Origin: Deltaproteobacteria bacterium | GTDB lineage: Bacteria > Bdellovibrionota > JAJCYS01 | DNA: 64,000 nucleotides | Assembly: GCA_029262815.1 (NCBI GenBank) | Contig: JAJCYS010000042.1 | Location: forward strand, 13,156-77,155 | Reading direction: 5' to 3' | In this document: positions 42,163 to 54,443 of the stretch, one piece after another | Numbering within the stretch: the first letter of the stretch is position 1 | Layout of the letters: each line of letters starts with the position of its first letter | The notes under the pieces: model-generated | Told to the model about the DNA's origin: nothing | The model's database searches: none | What the model saw: only the letters and a program-made list of their open reading frames with translations | Position numbers and translations under genes: made by a program

Positions 42163-43679
42163 AAATTCGTGTTGATGAGATCAGCCAGCTCTTAAAAGAG
42201 CAAATTGAGTCTTTTGACAAGCGGGTCCAGTTTGAAGAAGTTGGTACCGTTCTTACTGTAGGTGATGGTGTGGCTCAAATTCATGGACTTCAGTCGATTA
42301 TGGCTGGAGAGATGATTGATTTTGGCAACGACATCTACGGAGTCGCGTTGAACTTAAATGAAAACTCCGTGGGTGCCGCTATTTTTGGAGACATTCGAGG
42401 CATTAAAGAAGGTCACACTGTTAAACGTACAGGGAAGATCCTTCAAGTACCTGTTGGAAAAGGACTGTGCGGACGTGTGGTCAACGCGTTAGGTCTTGCC
42501 ATTGATGGGAAAGGGACTATTGAAGCAAGCGAGCATAGACGCGTTGAATTTAAGGCGCCTGGTATTGTTAAACGGAAAAGTGTTCATGAACCCCTCCAAA
42601 CAGGGTTGAAAGCTATTGATAGTATGATTCCGATTGGACGAGGCCAACGTGAGTTAATCCTTGGGGATCGTCAAACAGGAAAAACCGCTATCGCAATGGA
42701 TACCATTCTGAATCAAAAAGGTCAGGATGTGTATTGTGTGTATGTGGGTATTGGGCAAAAACAAAGTACGATTGCACGGGCTGTGGATAAGCTTAACCAG
42801 TGTGGTGCAATGGAGTACACCACAGTTGTAACAGCTGCTGCATCTGAGCCTGCACCGCTACAATTTTTGGCGGCTTATACGGGCGTTGCGATCGCTGAAT
42901 ATTTTCGTGACAACGGAATGCATGCACTGATTGTGTATGATGATTTGACCAAGCAAGCACAAGCGTACCGTGAACTTAGCCTGCTACTTAGAAGGCCACC
43001 AGGGCGTGAAGCTTATCCAGGAGATGTCTTTTACTTACATAGTCGATTGCTAGAACGTTCTGCTAAGTTGAGTGATGCGGAAGGTGGCGGTAGCTTAACA
43101 GCGCTGCCTATTATTGAAACGCAAGATGGAGATGTGTCTGCCTATATTCCTACAAACGTTATTTCAATTACGGATGGGCAAATTTATTTAGAGTCAGATT
43201 TGTTCCATTCAGGGATTCGGCCCGCAGTGAATGTAGGACTTTCAGTTTCACGTGTAGGTGGGAGTGCTCAGATCAAAGGAATGAAACAGGTTGCTGGATC
43301 TTTGCGATTAGATCTTGCGCAATACAGAGATTTAAGTGCTTTTTCCCAATTTGCATCTGATTTAGATCCTGCAACGCAGAAACAACTTGCTCGTGGAGAG
43401 CGATTGGTTGAACTTTTAAAGCAAGGTCAATATGAGCCGATGCCAGTTGAGAAGCAAGTGCTTTCAATTTATGCGGCTGTGAATGGGTTTATGGATAAGT
43501 ACCCAACAAAATTGGTGGGAAAGTATGAACATGCTTTTTTACAATATCTGGATGAAAAACACCCACAAATTGTTGCATCTGTGAAATCAGAGGGTAAGAT
43601 TTCTGACGACACGAAAGAAAAACTAAATACGTTATGCCAGGAATTCGATGAATTATTTTCAATACAAGTATCACAGTAG
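42159..43679 (+). CDS. atpA: F0F1 ATP synthase subunit alpha
   Basis: 506 aa. P-loop [11 protein letters not shown] and full-length conservation. Confidence 0.95.
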   Translation: MKIRVDEISQLLKEQIESFDKRVQFEEVGTVLTVGDGVAQIHGLQSIMAGEMIDFGNDIYGVALNLNENSVGAAIFGDIRGIKEGHTVKRTGKILQVPVGKGLCGRVVNALGLAIDGKGTIEASEHRRVEFKAPGIVKRKSVHEPLQTGLKAIDSMIPIGRGQRELILGDRQTGKTAIAMDTILNQKGQDVYCVYVGIGQKQSTIARAVDKLNQCGAMEYTTVVTAAASEPAPLQFLAAYTGVAIAEYFRDNGMHALIVYDDLTKQAQAYRELSLLLRRPPGREAYPGDVFYLHSRLLERSAKLSDAEGGGSLTALPIIETQDGDVSAYIPTNVISITDGQIYLESDLFHSGIRPAVNVGLSVSRVGGSAQIKGMKQVAGSLRLDLAQYRDLSAFSQFASDLDPATQKQLARGERLVELLKQGQYEPMPVEKQVLSIYAAVNGFMDKYPTKLVGKYEHAFLQYLDEKHPQIVASVKSEGKISDDTKEKLNTLCQEFDELFSIQVSQ

Positions 43680-43703
43680 GACTGGAGTAAAAAGGGTAGT
43701 GTA

Positions 43704-46050
<2,347 letters not shown>

Positions 46051-46059
46051 AGAGAAGAG

Positions 46060-46464
46060 ATGAAGTTTTCACTGTACGCGTTAGAAGAGCATGTGGCTAT
46101 AGATTGGGATGTCGATGAAGTGACATTCCATGGGCCTAAGGGACAGACGAATATTCTCCCGGGGCATGCGCCTTTGGTTTCGACTCTTTCTGTGGGTGAG
46201 TTAAGTTGTATTAAGTCTGATGATAAGAAAGTTCATCGATTTGCAGTTTCACATGGATTTATTCAAATTCAAGAAGATGAGATTGTTGCCTGCGGGTATA
46301 CAATTGAACGCCCTGAAGCGATCGATGTGAATCGAGCCAAACAGGCAAAGCAGAGAGCCGTTGAGAAGTTGAAAGGGCTGATTGAATCTGAAGAAGAGTT
46401 CAAAAAACATGAACTCAAATTACAGCGCGCAGTGATTCGTCAACACCTAGCAAAAAAAGACTAG
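46060..46464 (+). CDS. atpC: F0F1 ATP synthase subunit epsilon
   Basis: 134 aa. Last gene of the operon with a beta-sandwich plus helical-hairpin composition. Confidence 0.75.
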   Translation: MKFSLYALEEHVAIDWDVDEVTFHGPKGQTNILPGHAPLVSTLSVGELSCIKSDDKKVHRFAVSHGFIQIQEDEIVACGYTIERPEAIDVNRAKQAKQRAVEKLKGLIESEEEFKKHELKLQRAVIRQHLAKKD

Positions 46465-46666
46465 CCAACCCTTAACCGTACACCTTGTCATCCCTTCCCC
46501 TGCCTCCGCAGTGATCCCTCTAAAAACACTAGTCCTGTGCATCAACTTGTTTTAGATATTCGATGGATTTTTTTCTTCGGTTAAGAATTGCATTAGTTTG
46601 TGTAGACCATTTTCTAGGTCAGGATCACGAGTATCAAGTTCTAGAATTGTTTGAACACGGCTAAAA

Positions 46667-47158
46667 TTATTTTTTTCGTTTTATAGATATAAAAGGTCCT
46701 TGTGCATCTTTACCAAGTGAGGCTTCAGTTTTTGCGCCATCGTAGTATTTTCGAGCATTTTTTCGAGCACTTTTGACTGAAGCGATGAACTCATCTTTTG
46801 ATAATTTAAATTTTGGATTTCGAGTATGTTCTTTGATGGCTTGGTGATAAGCATCAAACAAATCATCTGTGGGGAGAGCAGTGTTGAGTGTAGGGCCCAT
46901 TTTTGGTTTCAGGTTCTTCAGAGTTTGGTCAAGGTGTTTAATCGAACCTTTGTATTGTTGGAGTTGGAGTCGGTAGTCAATGGTTGAGGCAGAAGGTTGA
47001 TCAAGTAGATGTTCGAGAGAGTGTTTGATGAGTTCGAACTCATCAGAAAGTTGTTCGAAGGAAAATTGACTTAAATCTTGAGTGCCCAATTCACAGGCGT
47101 CAACCTTCGCTTTTAGGGTAGATATTCGCTTTTTAAAGGTTTCAAAGTCTTCAATCAT
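46667..47158 (-). CDS. hypothetical cytoplasmic helical protein
   Basis: 163-aa charged, helix-rich ORF with no recognised domain. Confidence 0.4.
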   Translation of the reverse strand: MIEDFETFKKRISTLKAKVDACELGTQDLSQFSFEQLSDEFELIKHSLEHLLDQPSASTIDYRLQLQQYKGSIKHLDQTLKNLKPKMGPTLNTALPTDDLFDAYHQAIKEHTRNPKFKLSKDEFIASVKSARKNARKYYDGAKTEASLGKDAQGPFISIKRKK

Positions 47159-47291
47159 ACGTCTTACGTATCGGACATGTGTGAAAAGATGTTTAATAAC
47201 AAAATCTTATATGTTATAAACTGGATACCAATAAAACGGTAATAAAATTAAGCATCTAACCGATAAGTGCCAATAGAAGAAGGTGAATTAA

Positions 47292-49655
47292 ATGGACAAA
47301 TTTACAAGTAGTTTGGGATGTATGTTATTGGGGTTTGTTTTTTTAACCTCATGCAGCGGCAACAAAGGATCTGGTTCTAAACCAAATCAGCAGAAAGTTA
47401 AGCAAGAGAAAAAACTTCAGGAAGAACCAGTCGAATTGAAAAAAGACGAAATTGATGAAGCGAATGGTGGGACAAGCAAAGAAGACAACGGACAAAAAAT
47501 CGTCGCCACGAATGGTAAACAAGAAGCCAAAGATGCTTTATCAGAAAAAAAAGATAACACCTTAGAATCACCCACTCCTCAACCGCCACTCAAGCAAAAT
47601 CAATTTGATGTAAAAGAATCCCTTCCTTTTCCAAGGTACGGTCGGCGTGTCATGTGCATGGATGATTCGTGCAAGCAACTTTTACTTCTCGGAGATAATG
47701 CGGATGAAATTATTGATCAAGATGGAAAGTTCATCAAACAGTTGGCCGTTCGCTATGGCTCTAACTACGAAGAATACGCAGATGTCGGATTGAAGTACTA
47801 TATTCGATCAACTGCTTCTAATTCGCTGGATATATTTGATTATTCGGGTACGCTTGTTGGGGAAGTTAATACCAGATCAGATATTTCAAGGCAAGGGACT
47901 TCTATTTCAGGATCTTGGTTAGGTTCAATTCGAAAACAGTATGAGGAAAAGGATCAAGCGATAGGGGTTTGGCATGTAGATCAATATAAGGAGTCAACAA
48001 AGTCTCAAAGTGCACTCTACTATATTCCTGTCCCAGGAAAAAATGAAACGAATTTTAAAAAAGAGGATGTTCGAGTTGGTATGGCGGATGGCAAGCTTGC
48101 CGCCAGTATATCTGATGGTTCAATTTGGATTTGGGATATTACTAAAAAAACCAATAAGCAGCATGGCCCATTTCAGCATCCTTTAACGCCCGCGAAAAAG
48201 GGATACAGTGAACCGAAAATGTTCAATCTTGCATTATCGGGGAACATGAAGAGTGGCTACTACATGGTTAGCCTATCAAGTGAATCGAAGTTTTTGGTTT
48301 GGGATGTCACAGATTCCAAAAACCCATCAGTTCTGCACACCGAAGAACTAGCTTGCAGCTATGTTGATGAATTAGCTTTTGAAAAACAAGTACGGCCGAA
48401 TGGACGGCCTATGTTTGCATTCGTATGCGGAAAGAAATTTCAGATATGGGAAATCCGGTTAGATGAAGATAAAACAATTGTTAAGGTAGCTGAGATTGAT
48501 CTGCCTGAGAATAGATTGAGGCATCTTGCAATACGAGGAGATTATTTAATGTCCACAGGACGCTTCGCTAATGTGATCCAAGATTTACATATTTGGAATC
48601 GAAAAACGAAGAAGGGGAAAGTGATATCAGCATTGCCTTTTTCATACTCGTCCTCTGAGTACTATGGCATAAAAGGAGATTATGTACTGTTACAAAAAAA
48701 TATTTATGCAAGCTCAACAGGCCAATTGATGACTCACCACGATGCAGATGGGATCTCCAGTTCATTTTATTTTGATCATGAATATATGTATCGGTTTAGC
48801 TCTTTAGATCAAAAAACACGTACGAGGTCTCTTCATGCCTATCAATTAGAAGAGGGAAAAAATAAGAATTCTATAAAATTTACTGAAAACAAAAATGTGG
48901 TTTTAGATTCAGTTCTTTCGATTCCAGAAAAAGCGAGAAAACATAATGACGATATATATTTTAAAAACAAGACCTTTGTATTTGTGACAAAGGACAAAAC
49001 AGAAGACTATACAGTGTATGCATCAGTGCATCATGTTGGTTTAAAAAACAAAAAGAAAAAGTTAAAAAAACCTCCTCTTTTAAAATTGAAAAATATTGAG
49101 ATACAAGATGTAGCCATACTCAACAATGGATTCATTTTTTCGGGATGCCATCGGAAATTAGAGGGGAGCTGGCATCCAGATTATTTAGGAATGTGGTATT
49201 GGGATGGAAATTCTGAGCATCAAGCCAAATCGATTTTTGAGACCGAAAAACCAATCCGTGGATGTTTTGGAAGAGTGGCGATATCTGAGAAAAAAAACAG
49301 TTTCATCTCATTTGGAAGATATGGAAACAGAAAAATGTATGTAGTCGATATTTCTAATATCTCGAATGCAAAAGTAACAGAAATAACGAATAAAAGTTAT
49401 TTAGAACATAGGCCGAAAGGTGAAGTCACATTGATGACATTTTGGCGAGACTTTCTCATTACTGGAAGTAGCGATAATACCCTGCGATTTTGGACTATTA
49501 CAAAAAATAGTGCGACACACATTCAAACCACAAAGGTGAATTCAGATCGTTTTTTTAGGGATATCTTGTCAACGGATGAAAGTGATACCCTGCGATTACT
49601 TGGAATGTCACACGTCAATCCAGAGATCATTGAGATTAAGAAAGTAGGCGAGTGA
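47292..49655 (+). CDS. large lipoprotein with K/E-rich linker and WD40/beta-propeller-like repeats
   Basis: 787 aa. Lipobox FLTSCSG and a Lys/Glu/Gln-rich region of about 90 aa. Repeated hydrophobic-strand units include LRFWTI, SIWIWDI and KFLVWDV (W-D dipeptide-like). Confidence 0.5.
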   Translation: MDKFTSSLGCMLLGFVFLTSCSGNKGSGSKPNQQKVKQEKKLQEEPVELKKDEIDEANGGTSKEDNGQKIVATNGKQEAKDALSEKKDNTLESPTPQPPLKQNQFDVKESLPFPRYGRRVMCMDDSCKQLLLLGDNADEIIDQDGKFIKQLAVRYGSNYEEYADVGLKYYIRSTASNSLDIFDYSGTLVGEVNTRSDISRQGTSISGSWLGSIRKQYEEKDQAIGVWHVDQYKESTKSQSALYYIPVPGKNETNFKKEDVRVGMADGKLAASISDGSIWIWDITKKTNKQHGPFQHPLTPAKKGYSEPKMFNLALSGNMKSGYYMVSLSSESKFLVWDVTDSKNPSVLHTEELACSYVDELAFEKQVRPNGRPMFAFVCGKKFQIWEIRLDEDKTIVKVAEIDLPENRLRHLAIRGDYLMSTGRFANVIQDLHIWNRKTKKGKVISALPFSYSSSEYYGIKGDYVLLQKNIYASSTGQLMTHHDADGISSSFYFDHEYMYRFSSLDQKTRTRSLHAYQLEEGKNKNSIKFTENKNVVLDSVLSIPEKARKHNDDIYFKNKTFVFVTKDKTEDYTVYASVHHVGLKNKKKKLKKPPLLKLKNIEIQDVAILNNGFIFSGCHRKLEGSWHPDYLGMWYWDGNSEHQAKSIFETEKPIRGCFGRVAISEKKNSFISFGRYGNRKMYVVDISNISNAKVTEITNKSYLEHRPKGEVTLMTFWRDFLITGSSDNTLRFWTITKNSATHIQTTKVNSDRFFRDILSTDESDTLRLLGMSHVNPEIIEIKKVGE

Positions 49656-49676
49656 AGTATTATAACGGATCCCTGC

Positions 49677-51707
49677 CTAGTTCATACAGGATGCATTGTA
49701 GAATTCACGTAGACGGCTGAAGAGGCCCCAATTTACGACGCTTTGGGTCATATAGTAATCATTGAATTTTAATGTGAACACAGCGTCTAGGACTCTTTTT
49801 TTGAGCAATGCCATCCGTTTATGAGGCTTTGCTTTTGCAATGCTTTCTGCCAACTCAAGCCATTGCTTTGCGTGGAGTTGAAACGATTCTTCGGGTAGTT
49901 CCCTGATAGCAACCTTCAGATGATTAAGTGAGACGTTTCTAACTGTAAAGTTGGTAGTCTGTTCAAGTGCAAAAATCCAAGTAAGGGTAATCACACGTTG
50001 CATGGGGTTGAGTTGGCCCTCATAGAAAGTGTTAAAAGAAGGCATGGTTCTGAGGGGAGTTTTATCTAAAGCATCATTAAGAACCTGAAGGATTTTCATC
50101 GCATGCAAATTAAAGTGTTTAGCTTTTAATTTTTGGTAGGATAATTCTTCAAGCATCAAAATGGCATGGCCGAACAACCACGTTCTAGGTTGGCTGTCTT
50201 TGTCATACAATGAAAGAGCCTCTTTTAGGTAATTAGATGAAACATCATCAGGTCTATGGCCAGCATGAATGCTTTGAGCTTCTGTGATATACGAAAACGC
50301 ACGAACATCATTGGGGTCAGCACTTTCGATTATTTTAATCTGGACTCGATCGAGCTGCTCAGGTGTTGATCCTGGCGAGGGTAAGGGGATAATGAGCCGA
50401 TGGGCTTTTTTATCTTTGAGGATTTTTGGCATATTAACAATATGAACATGTCGATCATCTCCCTTGTATGAAATGCCGTACGCATTTACGGTGTCTGGCA
50501 CATAGGTTCTAAACATAATTTTTCCAAGTAGGGTATCCATATTGGGATCACTATGTTTTTGAAGAGCCTCCTCAAGGGCTTTTTGCCGTTCTATTGATAA
50601 CATTTCAATTGTGGGTGTGAGCTTTGGCCATCTTGAATTAAGAGGTTCTGTAACAGGATGATTGGTATAAAATTGTGCGTTTTTTCCCAAACGTTTATTC
50701 ATGTGTCCCGGCATTATTTCATATGCATGTGTGTCAACGGGCCCCCCTTCGGACCGTGGGCCGGCCATACTAATGAGCCAACTGTTGGCCAATTTACCAT
50801 CATCGACATATTGTTTAAGGCGATTTTCTGCTTCGGTTAAGGTATTTGAGGTTCTTAATATATCTTCCATGATGGCAAGGATAGGTGTGGATTTTTTGCC
50901 CAAATAAATACTGTCTAACGGCAATACTTGAAGCGCAATGTACACCCCCTTTTCGTTCATGCCATTGACGCCAGGTGCATGTACGCCTAAAGATCCAAAG
51001 AATGAATACTGCATCCCAGAATCCGGATGAAAATGGATGACAGACTGAAGTCCTTGCCACCTTTCACCACTATCGAATTCAAAATTACGACCTAAGAACA
51101 AGGTTTGTTCATCAACACGATGTAAAGCAGTTGAACACCCCATCCCACAGTGGATTGTCGGATCACTCTTCGGGAATAAAACTCCTGGAATGAGCTGCCC
51201 TTTATCAGGATAAATAAACCCTTGAATAATTTGTTTCAGTGAATAATGTCTACCGAGGCTGCTATGTAAACCTTGGATACCCTCTCTCATAAAAGGAGAC
51301 ATGTTTTTAATTTGATGTCTGCTTAAATAGTTGAGTCCAGAGTTAAAGAGGTTTCCTAAAAACAAAGATTTTCCTGGCATCGCATTCGAAAACATATCTG
51401 GATAATTATTTAGAAAAAAATGTAACGAATGATCTAAGCTGCCTTCCATGACATGCTTTAAATATTCACCATGTTGTTTTCCCATCTCTTCAGAGGAGCC
51501 AAACACATGAAGCACGTGCAAGCCATCGTATACGTTGGCATAAGCTTTATTATTGGGGGATTGCCAGGTTTCATCTGGTTTTGCCTCGTCACCGTAACTG
51601 AAGGGACTGATGAGAAGGCATAAAGCAATAACCCAGGAGGCGTAGGAAAAAAGATAACGTTTGAAAGATCCTATAACCTCCACAATTTCCATCCGTGGAG
51701 TTTTCAT
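49677..51707 (-). CDS. secreted Ntn-hydrolase superfamily protein (peptidase C45 / acyl-CoA:6-APA acyltransferase-like) with C-terminal helical domain
   Basis: 676 aa. Signal/TM at the N-terminus. Candidate autoprocessing nucleophile in the context HCGMGCSTAL...LFLGRNFEFD. The C-terminal 250 aa is a helical extension. Confidence 0.45.
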   Translation of the reverse strand: MKTPRMEIVEVIGSFKRYLFSYASWVIALCLLISPFSYGDEAKPDETWQSPNNKAYANVYDGLHVLHVFGSSEEMGKQHGEYLKHVMEGSLDHSLHFFLNNYPDMFSNAMPGKSLFLGNLFNSGLNYLSRHQIKNMSPFMREGIQGLHSSLGRHYSLKQIIQGFIYPDKGQLIPGVLFPKSDPTIHCGMGCSTALHRVDEQTLFLGRNFEFDSGERWQGLQSVIHFHPDSGMQYSFFGSLGVHAPGVNGMNEKGVYIALQVLPLDSIYLGKKSTPILAIMEDILRTSNTLTEAENRLKQYVDDGKLANSWLISMAGPRSEGGPVDTHAYEIMPGHMNKRLGKNAQFYTNHPVTEPLNSRWPKLTPTIEMLSIERQKALEEALQKHSDPNMDTLLGKIMFRTYVPDTVNAYGISYKGDDRHVHIVNMPKILKDKKAHRLIIPLPSPGSTPEQLDRVQIKIIESADPNDVRAFSYITEAQSIHAGHRPDDVSSNYLKEALSLYDKDSQPRTWLFGHAILMLEELSYQKLKAKHFNLHAMKILQVLNDALDKTPLRTMPSFNTFYEGQLNPMQRVITLTWIFALEQTTNFTVRNVSLNHLKVAIRELPEESFQLHAKQWLELAESIAKAKPHKRMALLKKRVLDAVFTLKFNDYYMTQSVVNWGLFSRLREFYNASCMN

Positions 51708-51806
51708 GAGGTCTCTTTAATTATAAGAAATTCATATGCTTAAATAAAAGAAAGCAATGTGTAAGCTTTTTCCATTATCTTTGAAAAATGGTCTAGGAGC
51801 TATGTT

Positions 51807-52709
51807 CTAGCATAGGTCCTCGAGGAGTTTTGCATGAGTATTGATGTCACGGTCTGAAATAATAACCAAATCATGACCTGCGACTAGTGTTTTTGAAACT
51901 GATTCGGATAATTGTTCTTGGATTGCGCCCATATTTAAATCATCAGAGATAATAAGTCCTTTAAATTCCAAGTGTTCTCTTAAGAGTGTATGTGTGATTT
52001 TTTGGGAATAGGTTGCAATATCTTGGGTGTCAAGATTTGGACACATGATATGACTTGTCATAACAGTGCCTACGTTAGCCTCAATTGCAGATTTAAAAGG
52101 AACCCAGTGCGTGGATTCAAAAATTTGTTTCGGGTCAGTTGTTTCAATTGGTTTTTTATGAGGGTCACGAGTTGCAGAACCGATGCCTGGAAAATGTTTG
52201 GCACACGCTAGGACGCCTGTACCTTGGTGGCCTTTGATGTAAGCAGCTATCAAAGTTGCAACAGTTTCAGGGTCGGAAGAAAAAATTCGAGAAGATAAAT
52301 AATCTGGGGTTTGCGGAGTGGAGACATCACAAACGGGCGAAAAATTTAAAGTGAACCCTAATTCTTTTAAAGTAAGCCCCATTTGTTCACCGATTTTAAA
52401 CAGCTCAGAAGTGGAAGCGGTTTTACCTAGTTCGTTGGCATGGGGGATACGTTGACAAGGATCCGGAAGTCGATCGACCAGCCCACCTTCATAATCAATT
52501 GCCAAGATTGGAGGTGTCAGATTGAGTGTTTGGTAAAGTTGTTTTAGATCTGTGAGTAAAGTTTTAATTTGTTGGACATCGTTCAGGTTATCTTTAAAAA
52601 AGATGAATCCCGCTGGGGTGTGGGATTTAATAAAACTCTTGACCTCATGTGTAACAAAAAGTCCAGGGAATCCTAAAATAAATGAACGGCCTGAAATATG
52701 TGCTTTCAT
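51807..52709 (-). CDS. nagZ: beta-N-acetylhexosaminidase NagZ (GH3)
   Basis: 300 aa. KHFPGIGSATRDPH motif and a GH3 N-terminal domain pattern. Confidence 0.7.
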   Translation of the reverse strand: MKAHISGRSFILGFPGLFVTHEVKSFIKSHTPAGFIFFKDNLNDVQQIKTLLTDLKQLYQTLNLTPPILAIDYEGGLVDRLPDPCQRIPHANELGKTASTSELFKIGEQMGLTLKELGFTLNFSPVCDVSTPQTPDYLSSRIFSSDPETVATLIAAYIKGHQGTGVLACAKHFPGIGSATRDPHKKPIETTDPKQIFESTHWVPFKSAIEANVGTVMTSHIMCPNLDTQDIATYSQKITHTLLREHLEFKGLIISDDLNMGAIQEQLSESVSKTLVAGHDLVIISDRDINTHAKLLEDLC

Positions 52710-53551
52710 TGTGCCTTCTTTTTCATCCAGGCCTGATCAAGAGCCATGCCAGATAAATAAAATCCCATTACCAAAAATAAAATCATAGTACCAGGTACCA
52801 ATGTAGCGTGTGGCGCTGTTAAGAGGACTTCTTTGCCCGTATAAATTAAGCGCCCTAGGCTTAAGGTTTCTTCGGACACACCCAACCCTAAAAAACTAAG
52901 GGTGCTTTCGACAATAATGATGCCTGAGAGTTGGAACGCACCTTGTACGATCAAGAGTGGCAAAATATTCGGCAGAATATGTCTAAAAGCAACTCTCAAA
53001 GATGAACAACCGATAGCCTTTGAAGCAAGGATAAAATCTTGGGATTGAACTTGAAGAGATGCCGCGCGGGCTAAACGACAAAAAGGTGCCCATCCTGTTA
53101 CACACAAAATAAGCCATGTGCTAAACAACCCTTGCCCAACAAATGCACTGAGGGCAATGGCTAATAAAATACTGGGAAAACTCAGAAATAAATTGGTGAC
53201 CAGCATGATGCCATGGTCCCAGCGATTTAAGGATTGGCTTGCATACAGACCAAGTGGAATGCCAACACACATTGAACACAGGCAGACGAGTAGAGAAAGT
53301 ATAATGGCAATTTGTGAACCCGCCAATACATGATAGAAAAGATCAATTCCATTTTCTCCCTTACCGAGTGAACCGCATAGCCATGGTGAACAGAAGGCAT
53401 TCGAAAGATCAATGGCGTCTAGAATGTGTTGCGGAATAAAATATGGAACAGTTAGGAGTAGCGATACGATACACAGAAATCCGAGCAAGAAAGTTTTTTC
53501 AAGTTTGTTCATGATCAGCTGCAGCGTTGAGGCGGGGGTCGACCCAGCCAT
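52706..53551 (-). CDS. ABC transporter permease, OppC/DppC-like
   Basis: 281 aa, about 6 TM, binding-protein-dependent transport family. Overlaps its neighbours, consistent with one operon. Confidence 0.7.
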   Translation of the reverse strand: MAGSTPASTLQLIMNKLEKTFLLGFLCIVSLLLTVPYFIPQHILDAIDLSNAFCSPWLCGSLGKGENGIDLFYHVLAGSQIAIILSLLVCLCSMCVGIPLGLYASQSLNRWDHGIMLVTNLFLSFPSILLAIALSAFVGQGLFSTWLILCVTGWAPFCRLARAASLQVQSQDFILASKAIGCSSLRVAFRHILPNILPLLIVQGAFQLSGIIIVESTLSFLGLGVSEETLSLGRLIYTGKEVLLTAPHATLVPGTMILFLVMGFYLSGMALDQAWMKKKAQ

Positions 53552-54440
53552 TCATCATATCTACTAAAAAATTAATGATAGCAAAAGTAGCAGTGAAACA
53601 TAAAATAAGCCCTTGGATTAAAGGGTAGTCACGTTTTTCTATGGCACTAAAAAAAAGCGAACCGATCCCCGGCCAATCAAAAATGGTTTCTGTAACAACA
53701 GCTCCCGTGAGAACAACGGCCAGTTGGAGGCCTACTAAATTGATGAGTGGGATCAGTACATTCTGGATGGCATGCCGAACAAGCACTTGGAAGGGAGAGT
53801 TCCCTTTTGCAAAGGCCACTTGAATATACATTTTTTTCTGCTCGGTGATGAGTCCGACATAAGTCATTCGACTTAAAATAGCAAACAAGCTCAGGCTTAA
53901 CGTGGCAGCGGGGAGAAAAACATGACTCAAGGAGCCTGTGCCCGAGACGGGGAGAATGGGCAATAAGATACAAAATAATAGAATCAATATGGGGCCTAGC
54001 AGGAAGTTCGGTGTGGATTGGCCTAGGATTGATATACCTAAAAAAGCCATATTTAGAGTAGGAAAACGTGCTAACCAAGTAGCCAAAATACCAGACCCTA
54101 ATCCTAAGATGAGGGTCAGTAGAATAGAAACGAGTGCCAGAAAAGTTGTTTTGGGGAATCTATTGAGAATGAGTGAGAGAACAGGCTCGTCATAGCTGAT
54201 TGAATTGCCTAAATCACCACGGGCCAGACCAGAGATATAGTGCTTAAATTGCGTGAATAGAGGTAGATTTAGGTTCAAAGTCTCACGAAAGGCTTCTTTT
54301 TGAGCGGGGGGCGCATCGGGTCCCAGAATTAAATCAGCAGGATCACCGGGGGTTAAATGCATTAAAAAAAAGCTAAGCAGAATGGATAATGCGAGGGTCA
54401 GTATGAAAAATGCCCCTTTTCTTTTGTAATATCCAAACAT
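53499..54440 (-). CDS. ABC transporter permease, OppB/DppB-like
   Basis: 313 aa. N-terminal ...FLMHLTPGDP motif typical of OppB/DppB. Confidence 0.7.
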   Translation of the reverse strand: MFGYYKRKGAFFILTLALSILLSFFLMHLTPGDPADLILGPDAPPAQKEAFRETLNLNLPLFTQFKHYISGLARGDLGNSISYDEPVLSLILNRFPKTTFLALVSILLTLILGLGSGILATWLARFPTLNMAFLGISILGQSTPNFLLGPILILLFCILLPILPVSGTGSLSHVFLPAATLSLSLFAILSRMTYVGLITEQKKMYIQVAFAKGNSPFQVLVRHAIQNVLIPLINLVGLQLAVVLTGAVVTETIFDWPGIGSLFFSAIEKRDYPLIQGLILCFTATFAIINFLVDMMNGWVDPRLNAAADHEQT

Positions 54441-54443
54441 GGG

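Noticed and set aside
46465-46666. 200-bp gap after atpC with a long-range inverted repeat (TTAACCG ... CGGTTAA) as a candidate sRNA
   Set aside because: The arms are only 7 nt long and about 95 nt apart, with no terminator-like 3' end. It is more likely a plain convergent 3' UTR.
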